The notes beneath the pieces were generated by a model that had not been told where the DNA came from, did not search any database, and worked only from the letters and a program-made list of their open reading frames with translations. A DNA stretch of 64,000 bases, taken from Octopus sinensis (taxonomy: Eukaryota). The stretch lies in contig NC_043000.1 in assembly GCF_006345805.1 (NCBI RefSeq), forward strand, positions 89,094,001-89,158,000, in the 5' to 3' direction. Made by a program: the position numbers and the translations under genes. Shown one piece after another: positions 37,494 through 49,060 of this stretch; positions within the stretch are counted from its first letter, which is position 1; every line of letters starts with the position of its first letter.

Positions 37494-38780
37494 TATATAC
37501 TTTGTTTACATTCTGAGTTCAAATTCCACCAAGGTCGACTTTGTCTGAGGTTGACTCTGCTTTTCCTCCTTTAGGAGGTCAGTAAAATAAGTACCAGTAG
37601 AGCACTGGGGTTGATGTAATCTATTTATCACCTTCCCCAAAACTGATGGCCTTGCGCCAAAATTTGAAACCAGTATTGCTTACATTTTAATGATGAGCAT
37701 CTGAAAACATAATCAAGTTGTATAGTCTTGTATTATGATTAATTAACTAACTTTAAATTAACAAAATTGAGTTGATTTTGTGGTTAATGAGTATATGGTA
37801 GGCTCTTGGCACTATTGTGCAACTTTATTTTAATTTCTGGTTCATACCAGTACAATCCAATTACATAGCTAATGCTTTTGAGAAAGGCCTTAACGTCAAA
37901 AGTCATTTAATCTCATTCATTTCTTTTAAGAAATTTGTGGCCATGTGGCCTGGAAAAGAAATCAATATTATAGAGTTGGCTCACTAAACTCTAGATCGAC
38001 TTCATATGAAACAGCGATTGGTTTCTTTGAAAGAAATCAATACTGATGCTATGCTTTTCACTCTTCTCATTGTTTCAGTTGTAAATGCATATATTTTACT
38101 TAAGGTTTCATATTTGATAACAAATACTCTAAGAACTTAACATTGTCAGGAGACTACAAAATCATGGATTAGATTTAGTTCAACAATAGTCAAATACCAT
38201 AATAAATTCAGAACTTGCATTTCATATTTTTCTTTCTTTCCATGATTACAGAGGTTATGTTGATCACATTCAGTACATTTCAAATACATTGTTTGAAAGA
38301 AAATTGTATTCAGAAATTGTTTCTATATGAAACAAATTTACTTTGAAGTTATGATATGACTGAAAAAATATTATGCTTTTTGTTTTATAATACAAAGAAT
38401 TCTTCCTTACTTCCTTGTCAACATCCTGTCAGTAGTCAGATAAAGAAGTATAGACACATATATATGAGTGTGTGTGTTTGTGTCAATTTTGAGTAACCTA
38501 TATAATTTCAATAAGCAGTATTATGTTATACATCAATGATTCATCTTTTTATCTTTTATCTTTTACTTGTTTCAGTGCTGGGGCACCACCTTAAAGAATT
38601 GTTAGTCAAAAGAATCAGCCCTAGTACTTATTTTCTTTTTAAGCCTGGTACTTATTCTCTTTTGCTGAACTACTAAGTGATGGAGATGTAAACACACCAA
38701 TACTGGTTGTCAAGTAGTGGGGGGGGGATAAATACGGGCACATATATATACATATTTACAATGGCCTTCTTTCAGTTTCC

Positions 38781-39193
38781 TATTTCTTTACTGCCTACAA
38801 GGGGCTACACACAGAGGGGACAAACAGGGACAGACAAACGGATTAAGTTGATTATATCAATCCCAGTGCATAACTGGTACTTATTTAATTGACCCCAAAG
38901 GGTGAAAGGCAAAGTCAACCTCGGCAGAATTTGAACTCAACGTAACGGCAGACGAAATACCTATTTCTTTACTACCCACAAGGGGCTATACACAGAGGGG
39001 ACAAACAAGGACAGACTAAAAGGATTAAGTCTATTACATCAATCCCAGTGTGTAATTGGTACTTATTTAATCAACACCGAAAGGATGAAAGGCAAAGTCG
39101 ACCTTGGCAGAATTTGAACTCAGAATGTAGTGGCAGACGAAGTAACGCTAAGCATTTCGCCCGGCATGCTAACGTTTCTGTCAGTTCGCCGCC
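38781..39193 (-). mobile_element. Tandem dimer of the GGCGAGCTGGCAGAAACG... SINE family
   Basis: Two consecutive units of CTATTTCTTTACT...AGGCAAAGTC(A/G)ACCT...GGCAGACGAA. Confidence 0.8.
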
Positions 39194-40038
39194 TTTTTTC
39201 AGTTTCTGTCTACAAAATCCACTCACAAGGCTTCAGCCAGCCTAAGGCTATAGTAGAGGATATTTACCCAAGGTGCCATGCAGTGGGACTGAACCAAAAT
39301 CATGTGGTTGGGAAACAAGCTTCTTACCATACAGCCATATTAAACGTGAAATATCTCAAAACTTAGATGAAACTTTCGGTGAATTTATTTTATGAAGTTT
39401 CTGTTAACATTTTTTTTCTTTGTATTGACACAGTTATAGCTGTGTAATTAAGAAATTCACTTTCCAACCATATTGTTTTGGGTGTGGATTTGATGTATGC
39501 GTTTGTGTGAGTGATTTCTTATTTGTCCTCCTCTTCATGAGTGTTTGCTGATTGTAAACATTATCTAGCTGTTCATCCTGAAAACATGTCTTGACTTCTT
39601 GACATGTCATTGCATGTTGCATGATCTTTGTAATCTAAAGTCTTGTTCATATGTTATTCTTTGTTTCCAGTCTTCTATGTAAAGTTGTCCAGGCTCATCA
39701 TTGTTTGATATACTAGCAGATTACCCGACTTGTAAACAAGTAGGGGCTGGTGATAAGTACAGTATCCAGACATAGAAAATCCCATCCCAGTATAATTTTG
39801 ATGTGTGTGTGTGTAGCTTTGACTTCTAATTGCATAATGATGTAAAATTAGTGTCACTGTCATACAAGTGGTATCATTCATTTCCAGTCTTTTGATCTCC
39901 AATTACTGGAAAATATTATCTTGCTTAGAAACAAGTGAAGGTTAATGACAGGAGGAGCACCCAGCTGTAGAAAATATTTCCCAATAAATTCCATCTGACC
40001 TATGCATGCATGAAAAAGCACATGTTAAATTGATGATT

Positions 40039-40129
40039 CTCGACATAGCTCAGTCAGCTGAGCATCAGACTTTTAAGGCTAATCCTGTAGGTGATCTGAG
40101 GGTCATGGGTTCAAGTCCCTCTACGGGCA
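40039..40129 (+). pseudogene. Degenerate intron-containing tRNA-Lys(UUU)
   Basis: TAGCTCAGTC..GAGCA, perfect anticodon stem TCAGA/TCTGA, loop CT-TTT-A with an 18-nt insert (40076-40093) at position 37/38, GGTTCAAGTCCC, T7 run at 40137-40143. Acceptor and T stems are mismatched. Confidence 0.78.
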
Positions 40130-40202
40130 TACTTTCTTTTTTTAAGGTGGTGCTCCAGCATGGCCACAGTCAAATAACTGAAACAAGCAAAAGAATAAAA
40201 GT

Positions 40203-40545
40203 CATCATCATCATTATCGTTTAACATCTGCTTTCCATGCTAGCATGGGTTGGACGATTTGACTGAGGTCTGGCGAACCAGATGACTGCACCAGACTCCA
40301 ATCTGATCTGGCATAGTTTCTACAGCTGGATGCCCTTCCTAATGCCAACCACTCCGAGAGTGTAGTGGGTGCTTTTACATGCCACCGGCACGGGGGCCAG
40401 TCAGGCAGTACTGGCAACAGCCATGCTCAAATGGTGCTTTTTACGTGCCTCCTGCACAGGAGCCAGTCCAGTGGCATTGGCAATGACCTTGCTCGAATGT
40501 TTTTTCATGTGTCACCAGCACAAATGCCAGTAAGGTGACGCAGGT
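40203..40545 (-). mobile_element. 5'-truncated RTE 3'UTR copy
   Basis: Reverse complement of the RTE tail; begins with (CAT)n. Confidence 0.75.
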
Positions 40546-40849
40546 ATATATATGTATTACACACACTCATACATACACACTGTTTCATGTGTGAGATGCA
40601 TTTTTCTTTGTGCATATGTATGTGTGTTATGGTATATTTAACTTGTTAGTATGTTAGGATAGGTACAAATGTGTGAATGCATCTAAGCTTTGTTTTCCTT
40701 AATGTATGCACTTGGATTTCTGGTCAAGGTTATTGTTGTTGTTGTGTAAGTACTTATGTATTGATTATATCTCTCTATATATACACATATATGCGTATGT
40801 GTTTATTTATATGTGTGTGTGTGTATCTGTGCATAAATATGTATGTGTA

Positions 40850-40880
<31 letters not shown>

Positions 40881-41279
40881 GCATGTATATTCCCACACAC
40901 ATATTCACACGCACTTTCTAATGCTTTCAGTCATGAGAGAAAGATAAAAATTAGATCTCCTTACTTCATATCGAATTATGAGAAAACAATTATGATTTGT
41001 ACTTTTATGAAAAGCAATTAATACAGTATGTAATAATAGTTAATCTGAAGAGTTTTAAGTAGTAGCTGAAAACTTGTAGTAGCTGTGTGGCTGAGAATTT
41101 CACATCCATCTATAGCTACTGGTTCAGTTGTACTGAGTAAGGAACACCTTGGGCAAGAGACTTTACCAGCCCTCAGTTGGTGCTTGTTTTAATTTAAATT
41201 GACTGCTTTACTCATAAATGCTATGCTCTATTTAGTCCAGGAAGTGAACCCATGTGCTTATGTTCATAAACCTAACTTT

Positions 41280-41316
<37 letters not shown>

Positions 41317-41320
<4 letters not shown>

Positions 41321-41697
41321 ACAATCAAGGAACGGCCATAATAGGCCATTCACCCACTAGAAATAACAGCCAAAGCTTCAACCGCAAATAAAAATCAATT
41401 CCGTAAACCAGGAGAAAATTTAAAAAACATTTACCCTGTAATTTCTTATACGATGCACCGTTTCGTATAAGAAATTACAGGGTAAATGTTTTTTAAATTT
41501 TCTCCTGGTTTACGGAATTGATTTTTATTTGCGGTTGAAGCTTTGGCTGTTATTTCTAGTGGGTGAATGGCCTATTATGGCCGTTCCTTGATTGTTGATG
41601 TTGAACTTAAAAATGGTCTATGACTATTTAATTTTTTCCCACTAGGCTGCTGGTGGCAAAAAAATTCTACAAAATTTTTTGCCACCCTATATTGATT
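41317..41697. mobile_element. Fold-back insertion with perfect 137-bp arms (41317-41453 / 41463-41599), between (TA)n tracts
   Basis: Reverse complement arms and a 9-nt spacer. Confidence 0.82.
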
Positions 41698-41711
41698 AAA
41701 TATATATATAT

Positions 41712-41966
41712 ATATTGTTATATTTCGGAATGGTCATATTGCCAGTTTAGCCAATAAAAACACACGCACTATATATTTGGTGTTATTTTGCTTCAGTGAT
41801 ATTTATTTTTTACATTAATCTTAATCTTATTTCGGCCAAAGTTCTTTCGTCACACTCCTGTATATGTTTATTGGCTAAACTGGCAATATGACCATTCCGA
41901 AATATAACAATATCTGTTTCAACACACGACTTCACATAAAAAATCTTGCACAACAAATATTTAAAC
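41712..41966. mobile_element. Insertion with 47-bp inverted repeat (41712-41758 / 41867-41913), between (TA)n runs
   Basis: ATATTGTTATATTTCGGAATGGTCATATTGCCAGTTTAGCCAATAAA and its exact reverse complement. Confidence 0.75.
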
Positions 41967-42459
41967 GTATATATATATATATGTATATATATATTATATA
42001 GTCATGGTTATAGCTGGTCAGGAACTTACCATTGGTTTCATGTCTACAATTGCTCTTGGCAATATAGGCCACTCAACAGACTTGCTACATGTGTGTGTGT
42101 GTGTGTTATAATGTTTTTTTTTTATATTCAATTGTCATTAAAATAATTTTACATTAATCTGAAGGGTTGCTCAATACTTTTGTAGAGTACAAATTTATAA
42201 TTTTTCAACAAGAATAGTATTGACAGTAACTTTGAAGTTTCAGTCAAATAAGTCATCATCAGACTGTGATGAATTTAAGTCAACCTTGGCTTTGTATAGT
42301 CTCTTTTGAGATAAAATTGTTCTGTGGTTTGTGGGACCCTGTTCACTCATAATTAGGTTGAAGGGCATGTTGTAATGGAGATGTGTTGTGGTAAAATTTT
42401 TATTGATTAAATTTGGATTATGTCACAGTCAAAATTTTATTCATCCATGTAGAATTTTA

Positions 42460-42496
<37 letters not shown>

Positions 42497-43294
42497 TTAA
42501 ATCAATACGTTCTCTAACCTGCAAAAGCCACTGCAGTAAATTATTTTCTGCAGTATTATTTTCTGGTAATTTGGCGCGCCAGAACGAAGACTTTTGGAAA
42601 AAAAAACGCAAGTGTAATAGGTAGAACTAGATACAAGTCTACCCTCGTACAGACATCTTCGTATATAGCTCTGCAAATTATATTTGTATGGACGGTCACA
42701 CTGAGGATCTACATACAAATTGTGTAAGTAAAAATTACGTAATATGTTAATAGTGAAACATATATGTGAATAGTTATATATTGTTACTTTTCATTTGTCT
42801 TGCTCACTTATGCTCTGGTGTTTGTTAAATTTTTTCTTGAGAACATTTCTTAGTGGTAAGACCATAGCAGATCTACTTCTAGCATAAGGGTTGTCCACAT
42901 AGTGGTCATCCCTCTCATTTGTATATAATACAGTTTACTGAACCTTCAGATTTTATATGCTAGACCACTGGTGTTAAATTGATGTTGATTTAATTAAATT
43001 AATATCCAATTTCTCACCCTCATTTTAAATTTACACACATATGTATGTATATATCACTGTATTGTCCAAGATCTTGGAAGCTGTTATACTCTGCTGATCA
43101 TACTGTGCTTCCATTTCTCTCTTGATTGTGCTCTTCTTTTTCATCTTGGCCCAAATTATTTAACTAAGCCATCTTTCTATTTTTGTGGAAACATTCTGAG
43201 TGGCATTTTCTGGTCTCTTGGATACCACTTGACAACTGCATGAGTCCACCTGTTGCCTGTGAACCTTGCTTTTGGTATCCTGTGTCACCTCTTG

Positions 43295-43536
43295 CCAACT
43301 CCGCGCCGGTGGCACGCAAAAAGCACCATCCGACCGTGGCCGTTTGCCAGCCCCGTCTGGCATGTAAAAAGCACCCACTACACTCGCGGGGTGGTTGGCG
43401 TTAGGAAGGGCATCTAGCCGAAGAAACATTGCCAGATCAGACTGGGCCTGGTGCAGCCTTCTGGCTTCCCAGACCCCAGTTGAACCATCCAACCCATGCT
43501 AGCATGGAAAGCGGACGCTAAATGATGATGATGATG
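43295..43536 (+). mobile_element. 5'-truncated RTE 3'UTR copy with (GAT)n tail
   Basis: Aligns to 31850-31973 and 45400-45572. Confidence 0.78.
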
Positions 43537-43928
43537 AATCATTTAATCCCCCACCAATGCAGCCCTTCAGACTGTTTATGCTTTATTTTTCTTCTCATTC
43601 CTCATTTTTTCATTTAGCAAATGCTCTCTTTCCTTTACTTTATTTTTCACATTGACCTATTATAAATGATGGCATAAATATCACTATGTATTTCTCTCTC
43701 TCTCTCTCTCACTTCCCTCCCCCACTTACCCTCTCAAAACTTACAGCTTCTCATGAAAATTTGCAGTGACTGATGAGTAAGAAACACAAGCAGTTAAAAA
43801 AAAAAGGTGGTGCAGAGAACCATACACAATATCAGAGAGCAAAACAATAGCAAAGAGGAAGACTATTTTCTCACCTGAATGCTGTCTGTCTGTCTTCTTT
43901 CTCCCCTATTATCTCTCCCTTACATTTT

Positions 43929-44270
43929 GGAGGCGCATGGCTCAGTGATTAGAGCGTCAAGCTTACGATCGTGAGGTTGTGAGTTCGAATCCCGGACCAG
44001 GCTGCGTGTTGTGTTCTTGAGCAAAGCACTTTATTTCACGTTGCTCCAGTTCACTCAGCTGTAGAAATGAGTTGCGACGTCACTGGTGCCAAGCTGTATC
44101 GACCTTTGTCTTTCCCTTGGATAAGACTGGTGGCGTGGAGAGGGGAGGCCGGTATGCATGGGCGACTACTGGTCTTCCATAAAAACAACCTTGCCCAGAC
44201 TTGTGCCTCAGAGGGTAACTCTCTAGGTGCAAACCCATGGTCACTCATGACCGAAGGCGGTCTTTACCCT
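43929..44270 (+). mobile_element. tRNA-headed SINE (GGAGGCGCATGGCTCAGT...GTTCGAATCC)
   Basis: A-box and B-box; relatives at 11328-11465, 32868-33190 and 60780-61096 (-). Confidence 0.82.
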
Positions 44271-45077
44271 TACATTTTTACTTTTGTAGTTTCTTCCTGT
44301 CTTTCTTTCTCTTCCTGTCTCTCACTACACTTATTGCTCTTCATAAAAATTTGCTAATGGCTTCAGGGGTTTGACATTATAAGTACTTTTATTTAATAAA
44401 CATATATGTCACAAAAACATTATGTTTACATTTTCATACCTTTTGTCACTCAAACTGATTAAGTCTTACAAATGTTGGAATCATAATTTTAGAATTTCTC
44501 TTTAACCTTATAAACACAGGTCAACACCAATCAGTGATAATTTCATTCTACAACAGCATGATTTGCATATCTTCTTGATTGCTCTTTTTTCAAAATGGAT
44601 TCTTCTTCATCTCCTTCCTTCTCCTTCCTAACTTTATAGCTAATGCTGTTTAGAATAACACCTACACAAATTCTATAAACAAAACATTCAAAAGAAATAT
44701 TTTCATGAATTGAACAGTGACTGCTACCATCCACTATAGGTCATTTTCAGGCAGCCCAGTGGCTGACCATTCAACATACTACAGTCATGGCACTCCCACA
44801 TTCTTCTTCTCCTCCTCCCCTCCTTCTTTTCCTTCTTCCCTACCAAGGATTCACAACTACATCCAACCCACAAGAGAGACAGAGACAGGCAGAATCAAGG
44901 AAAACTGCTACTTGTATTTGAACACTATACAAATATTCTTTTAAAAACACTTCTCTTTTAATTTTTCTAAATTTAATTGTTTAATTGTTACAGTTGAAAA
45001 AGTCTCAATGACTGAAACCAGTACTGAAATGTTTTTTATAAAATTATTTTAGCACTTTCTATCTTGGCTTTTTTTCC

Positions 45078-45108
<31 letters not shown>

Positions 45109-45116
45109 GAAACTCT

Positions 45117-45572
45117 ACTTGTGAAGACCTGTTGAGGCAAGTGAGGATCAGAATCGAAATCGATCAATGGAAATTGCAGATGTGTTACCAGTGCCGGTGG
45201 CATGTAAGAGAACCTTCCGTTTCGCGACCGTTGCCAGCGCCGCCCCGACTGGCCTCGTGCCGGTGGCACGTAAAAAGCACCATCCGTTCGTGTCCGTTGC
45301 CAGCCTCGCCTGGCCCTCGTGCTGGTGGCACATAAAAAGCACCATCCGTTCGTGGCCGTTTGCCAGCTCTGTCTGGCACCTGTGCGGGTGGCACGTAAAG
45401 AGCACCCACTACACTCACGGAGTGGTTGGCGTTAGGAAGGGCATCCAGCCGTAGAAATACTGCCAGATTTGACTGGGCCTGATGAAGCCTTCTGGCTTCA
45501 CAGACCCCAGTAGAACCGTCCAACCCATGCTAGCATGGAAAACGGACGCTAAACGATGATGATGATGATGAT
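45117..45572 (+). mobile_element. 5'-truncated RTE 3'UTR copy with several internal GTGGCAC...AAAAGCACCATCCG repeats
   Basis: Starts CTTGTGAAGACCTGTTGAGGCAAGTGA, identical to 31581-31607; ends in (GAT)n. Confidence 0.82.
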
Positions 45573-45574
45573 AT

Positions 45575-46820
45575 ACACAAGATATGGTGAATAAATTACC
45601 ATCTAAATTATGCAAAAATGAAAATAACACTGACATTTACCAAAATTACATAAAAATATCTTGAAAATCTAAAGAGTAAATTTATTCAATAAAATTGCCA
45701 TTGTCCTCAACCACAATCTTCAGACGACTTCGGAATCTCCTGCAACTCTTCTGGATAGTTTCCTTGTTTAAGTTGGAGAATGCTGCCATAATCCTTGCCT
45801 TCAGTTCATCTTTGGTGTTACAAGAAGTTTTGTTGGTCTCTTGCTCAACTGTGCCCCACACATAATAAGGGGTTGCAGTTTTGGGAGTTAGTCGGCCAGA
45901 TGTTAAGGGTGATGTGGTTGCAGAAATTGTGTGACAGCCATGACTGGGTTCTCCTGCTTGTGTGGTATGGTGCAAAGTCCTGTTGCTAGATACAGGGTCT
46001 ACTAGCAGCCACCCTCTTCACCCAGGGCAGCACTTCCCCATCCAGGCACTTGATGTGGGCCTCCGTATTGAGTATGAGAATGTTGGAATGGAAGCATAAC
46101 GTCGCTGTCACTAGTGATCACTCCAAACACCATGATGTTGACTGGATGTTTGATTTTTATCACTATTGGTACATGTTTTGAGAACACGGCAATCCAACAG
46201 TTGTTCTGTGTGCTCACCATTTGATCCTGGCAGAAATTTTCCTGTCTGTTTAAAACCAAAGCATGATCAGTTGGAGGGGGATGCTTGAGTTCAGAAGCTT
46301 CATAATGCAGTCTTTCCTCTTGTCTTTGATGGCTTAGGATAAAATTTGGTCCTTCTTCACCTTGTTTGAGGAATACCAAATGTCTTTATGAACTGCCTGC
46401 CTGATAAGAAACTCAGACTCTCATGCCCTTGGCGATGGACCTGCTTGACTTGGAGGGATCATTGTCAATCATGGCCTGGATCTCACCAAAAAATTCAGGA
46501 GTTCTGTTTTTATCAGAATGATCAGAATGAGTTTTCTGAGCTGCTGTACCTTCATAATCACCATTAGACTTATCCCAAATCCTCTGTACTCTCCTCAGAT
46601 TGACACCCAAATACTCTGAAATGTTCATATTGGAGTCTCCTGCATAAATGCCAAGCAGTACAGCATGTCGTTTCCAAATTTCTGGTGAAGTGAATTGCAT
46701 CATAGTGCTGTTTTTCTCACAGATGGTGCACACCTGACCCTACTATACTGTGTAGTTGACAAAATCAAAAACAAACAATGCACATGTGCAAAAAAAAAAA
46801 TATAAAATAGCGACAATTTC
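45575..46820 (-). mobile_element. Degenerate Tc1/mariner transposon, probably maT/DD37D-like
   Basis: ORFs 46413-46733 (HTH region), 46002-46379 (KHPVNIMVFGVITSD) and 45682-45975 (YYVWGTVE...ELKARI...SCRRFRSRL..VVE.NG..IE*). Confidence 0.8.
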
Positions 46821-46945
46821 ATTTCTATTTTCATTTCTTGGATTCAAACAAAATATATATTTTTTTATTGCCAATATTTCTAATCATGAGAGGAGAAAAT
46901 TAAATTTTACTTCATATTGAATTATGGGAGAAAATTATGATTATT

Positions 46946-47296
46946 CTGTTGTGTCTGGGGAGAGTCATTTTCTTTTTGTGCCTTATAATGAATGTAACAC
47001 ACTCACCAGTAAAATTTTCGCTTATTTCTTATTTTTATTTTCCTAAAATATTCCTTGCATCTTGCAACCTTTTCAATAGTCTTGACTCTTGAAAATGTTG
47101 CAAGATGCAACAAAAATTTTAGGAAAATAAAAATAAGAAATAAGTGGAAATTTTACCAGTGAAATAAGTGGAAATTTTACTGGTGAGTGTGTTACATTAT
47201 AAGGCACAAAAAGAAAATGACTCTCCCCAGACACAACAGAATGTGCTTCAACACACAAACTCATATAAAGAATCTTGCAAACCAAATCCAAAAACG
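46946..47296. mobile_element. Fold-back insertion with 14-bp target-site duplication
   Basis: Arms ~46944-47077 / 47089-47241, apex AGTCTTGACT. AAATTATGATTATT at 46932-46945 and 47297-47310. Confidence 0.82.
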
Positions 47297-47553
47297 AAAT
47301 TATGATTATTACTTTTAAGAAAAGGAATTAATGAAGTATGTAATAATTGTTAATCTACAGAGTTTTAGTAGTAGCTTAAGAGTTATAGTAACTATGTGGC
47401 TGAGAATTTTACATCTGTCCATAGTTTTAGGATCAGTTGTATTGAGTGAGGAACACCTTGGACCCATGTCTTCTACCACAACTTTTGTTTGGTCAATTCT
47501 CTGCACTTCCAGTTGGGTCCACAGACACTGTGCCCAAACCCAATACATATGCA

Positions 47554-47601
<48 letters not shown>

Positions 47602-47804
47602 CACATGTGTGTGTATGTATACACACACACACACACACACATAAGACAAAGTTTAAATAATAGTCTGTGTAGGTTCATTCATTGATCGGTTTACTCAGTA
47701 AGTCCATTGATCAGTTGAGAAAGATTGAACAACCTGAAAGAACTAATGCTATCCCCATCAGAGTCAGAGCACTCTAATGAAAAACAAGGCAGGACAATGA
47801 TATA

Positions 47805-48020
47805 TTTCTTTACTACCCACAAGGGGCCAAACACAGAGGGGACAAACAAGGACAGACAAAGGGATTAAGTCGACTACATCGACCCCAGTGCGTAACTGGT
47901 ACTTAATTTATCGACCCCGAAAGGATGAAAGGCAAAGTCGACCTCGGCGGAATTTGAACTCGGAACGTAACGACAGACGAAATACGGCTACGAATTTCGC
48001 CCGGCATGCTAACGTTTCTA
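47805..48020 (-). mobile_element. SINE (GCTGGCAGAAACGTTAGC family)
   Basis: Core GAGGTCGACTTTGCCTTTCATCCTTTCGGGGTCGATAAATTAAGTACC; relatives at 49061-49288, 50753-50988 and 59799-60029. Confidence 0.82.
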
Positions 48021-48489
48021 TGAATGGTACAGGCATTTGGAAGGGAGCAAAGGGAGGTAATAAGTATAAGGTGAGTGAAAGAGAGATAAAGAGATAATGG
48101 GAAAAAGAAGTAATGGGCTAGAAAAGTATCAGTTAAAAAAACTGGAGTCAGTGTAATCAACTTAACACCTCCTCCAAAATTTCAGGATTATTATTATCAT
48201 TATATAACAGTTCAATATTTGGCAGATTGAGGCAAATTTCTATTGCATCCCCTTCTACACCTCCATGTTGCTGGGGGGGGGGTGCAGCATTGTGTGTTCT
48301 TTTCTGCCTTTGGGAGTGTGCAAACTTTTCCCAGTACCTTGAGGTGTAGTTCTGTCTTTTGTTGTATTACTGCTTGTATTGTGTGTTGAGTGTGTAATGC
48401 TTTGGTTGTTTGGCTTACTGGTAGGGGTTTATTTCACTAGGTAAATATTGTATAGGATATGTCTCATATTTGAGGGTTGTTTTGTTTAG

Positions 48490-49060
48490 GTTGTATTATT
48501 GGATTGATAGTGTCTTGTGTAGGATGTGGGCTGTTCTGAGCAGGATTATATTTGGGGTAGTGTATAAAGTTGAGGATCCAGATATAGCTTCTACATTTTT
48601 GTTCATATAACTTTTTATCATGCCCAATGTTCTAACTATTGTTTTTACCTTCATGCCCCACATTTTGAATACTTCAATTTCGAGTTCTGTACTTCGACAT
48701 TTTCTCCACTTCTTTTTTGACAATATTTTTTATCAGAAGGGACTGCAATGTCTATCAGTAAGTAGGTGTTTTTTCGCCAATCCTTGATTATTGTCTCAGT
48801 GATTAGCTATTATTTCTTTATCAGTTTGAACCAGCAGGAAAGCAGGGGTGACAGTGAGTCTCCCTGGAAAATCCCTCTTCTTATGGGTGTAAGGTAGGTC
48901 CTCATATTGATTGGCATGTTATTGGTCTGTAATTTTGTCGGTGTACTGCGTCTTTGTTTTTGGGAATCAGTGTGGTTTGCCCTTCCAGCATCCAGTTTGG
49001 TGTTGATTCTGGCTCACTTATCAATGAATTGAATGCTGCGGCTAAGTGGTTATGAGTACT
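48490..49060 (-). mobile_element. Degenerate R4/Dong-like LINE fragments (RT start and RLE end), interrupted by a SINE at 49061
   Basis: PNWMLEGQTTLIPKNK...NYRPITC and LEIEVFKMWGMKVKTI...LLRTAHILHKTLSI. Confidence 0.75.

Noticed and set aside
43929-44010. tRNA-like sequences with A- and B-boxes (also 11330, 12600-12684, 32870, 61020-61096)
   Set aside because: SINE heads continuing into SINE bodies; no complete cloverleaf.
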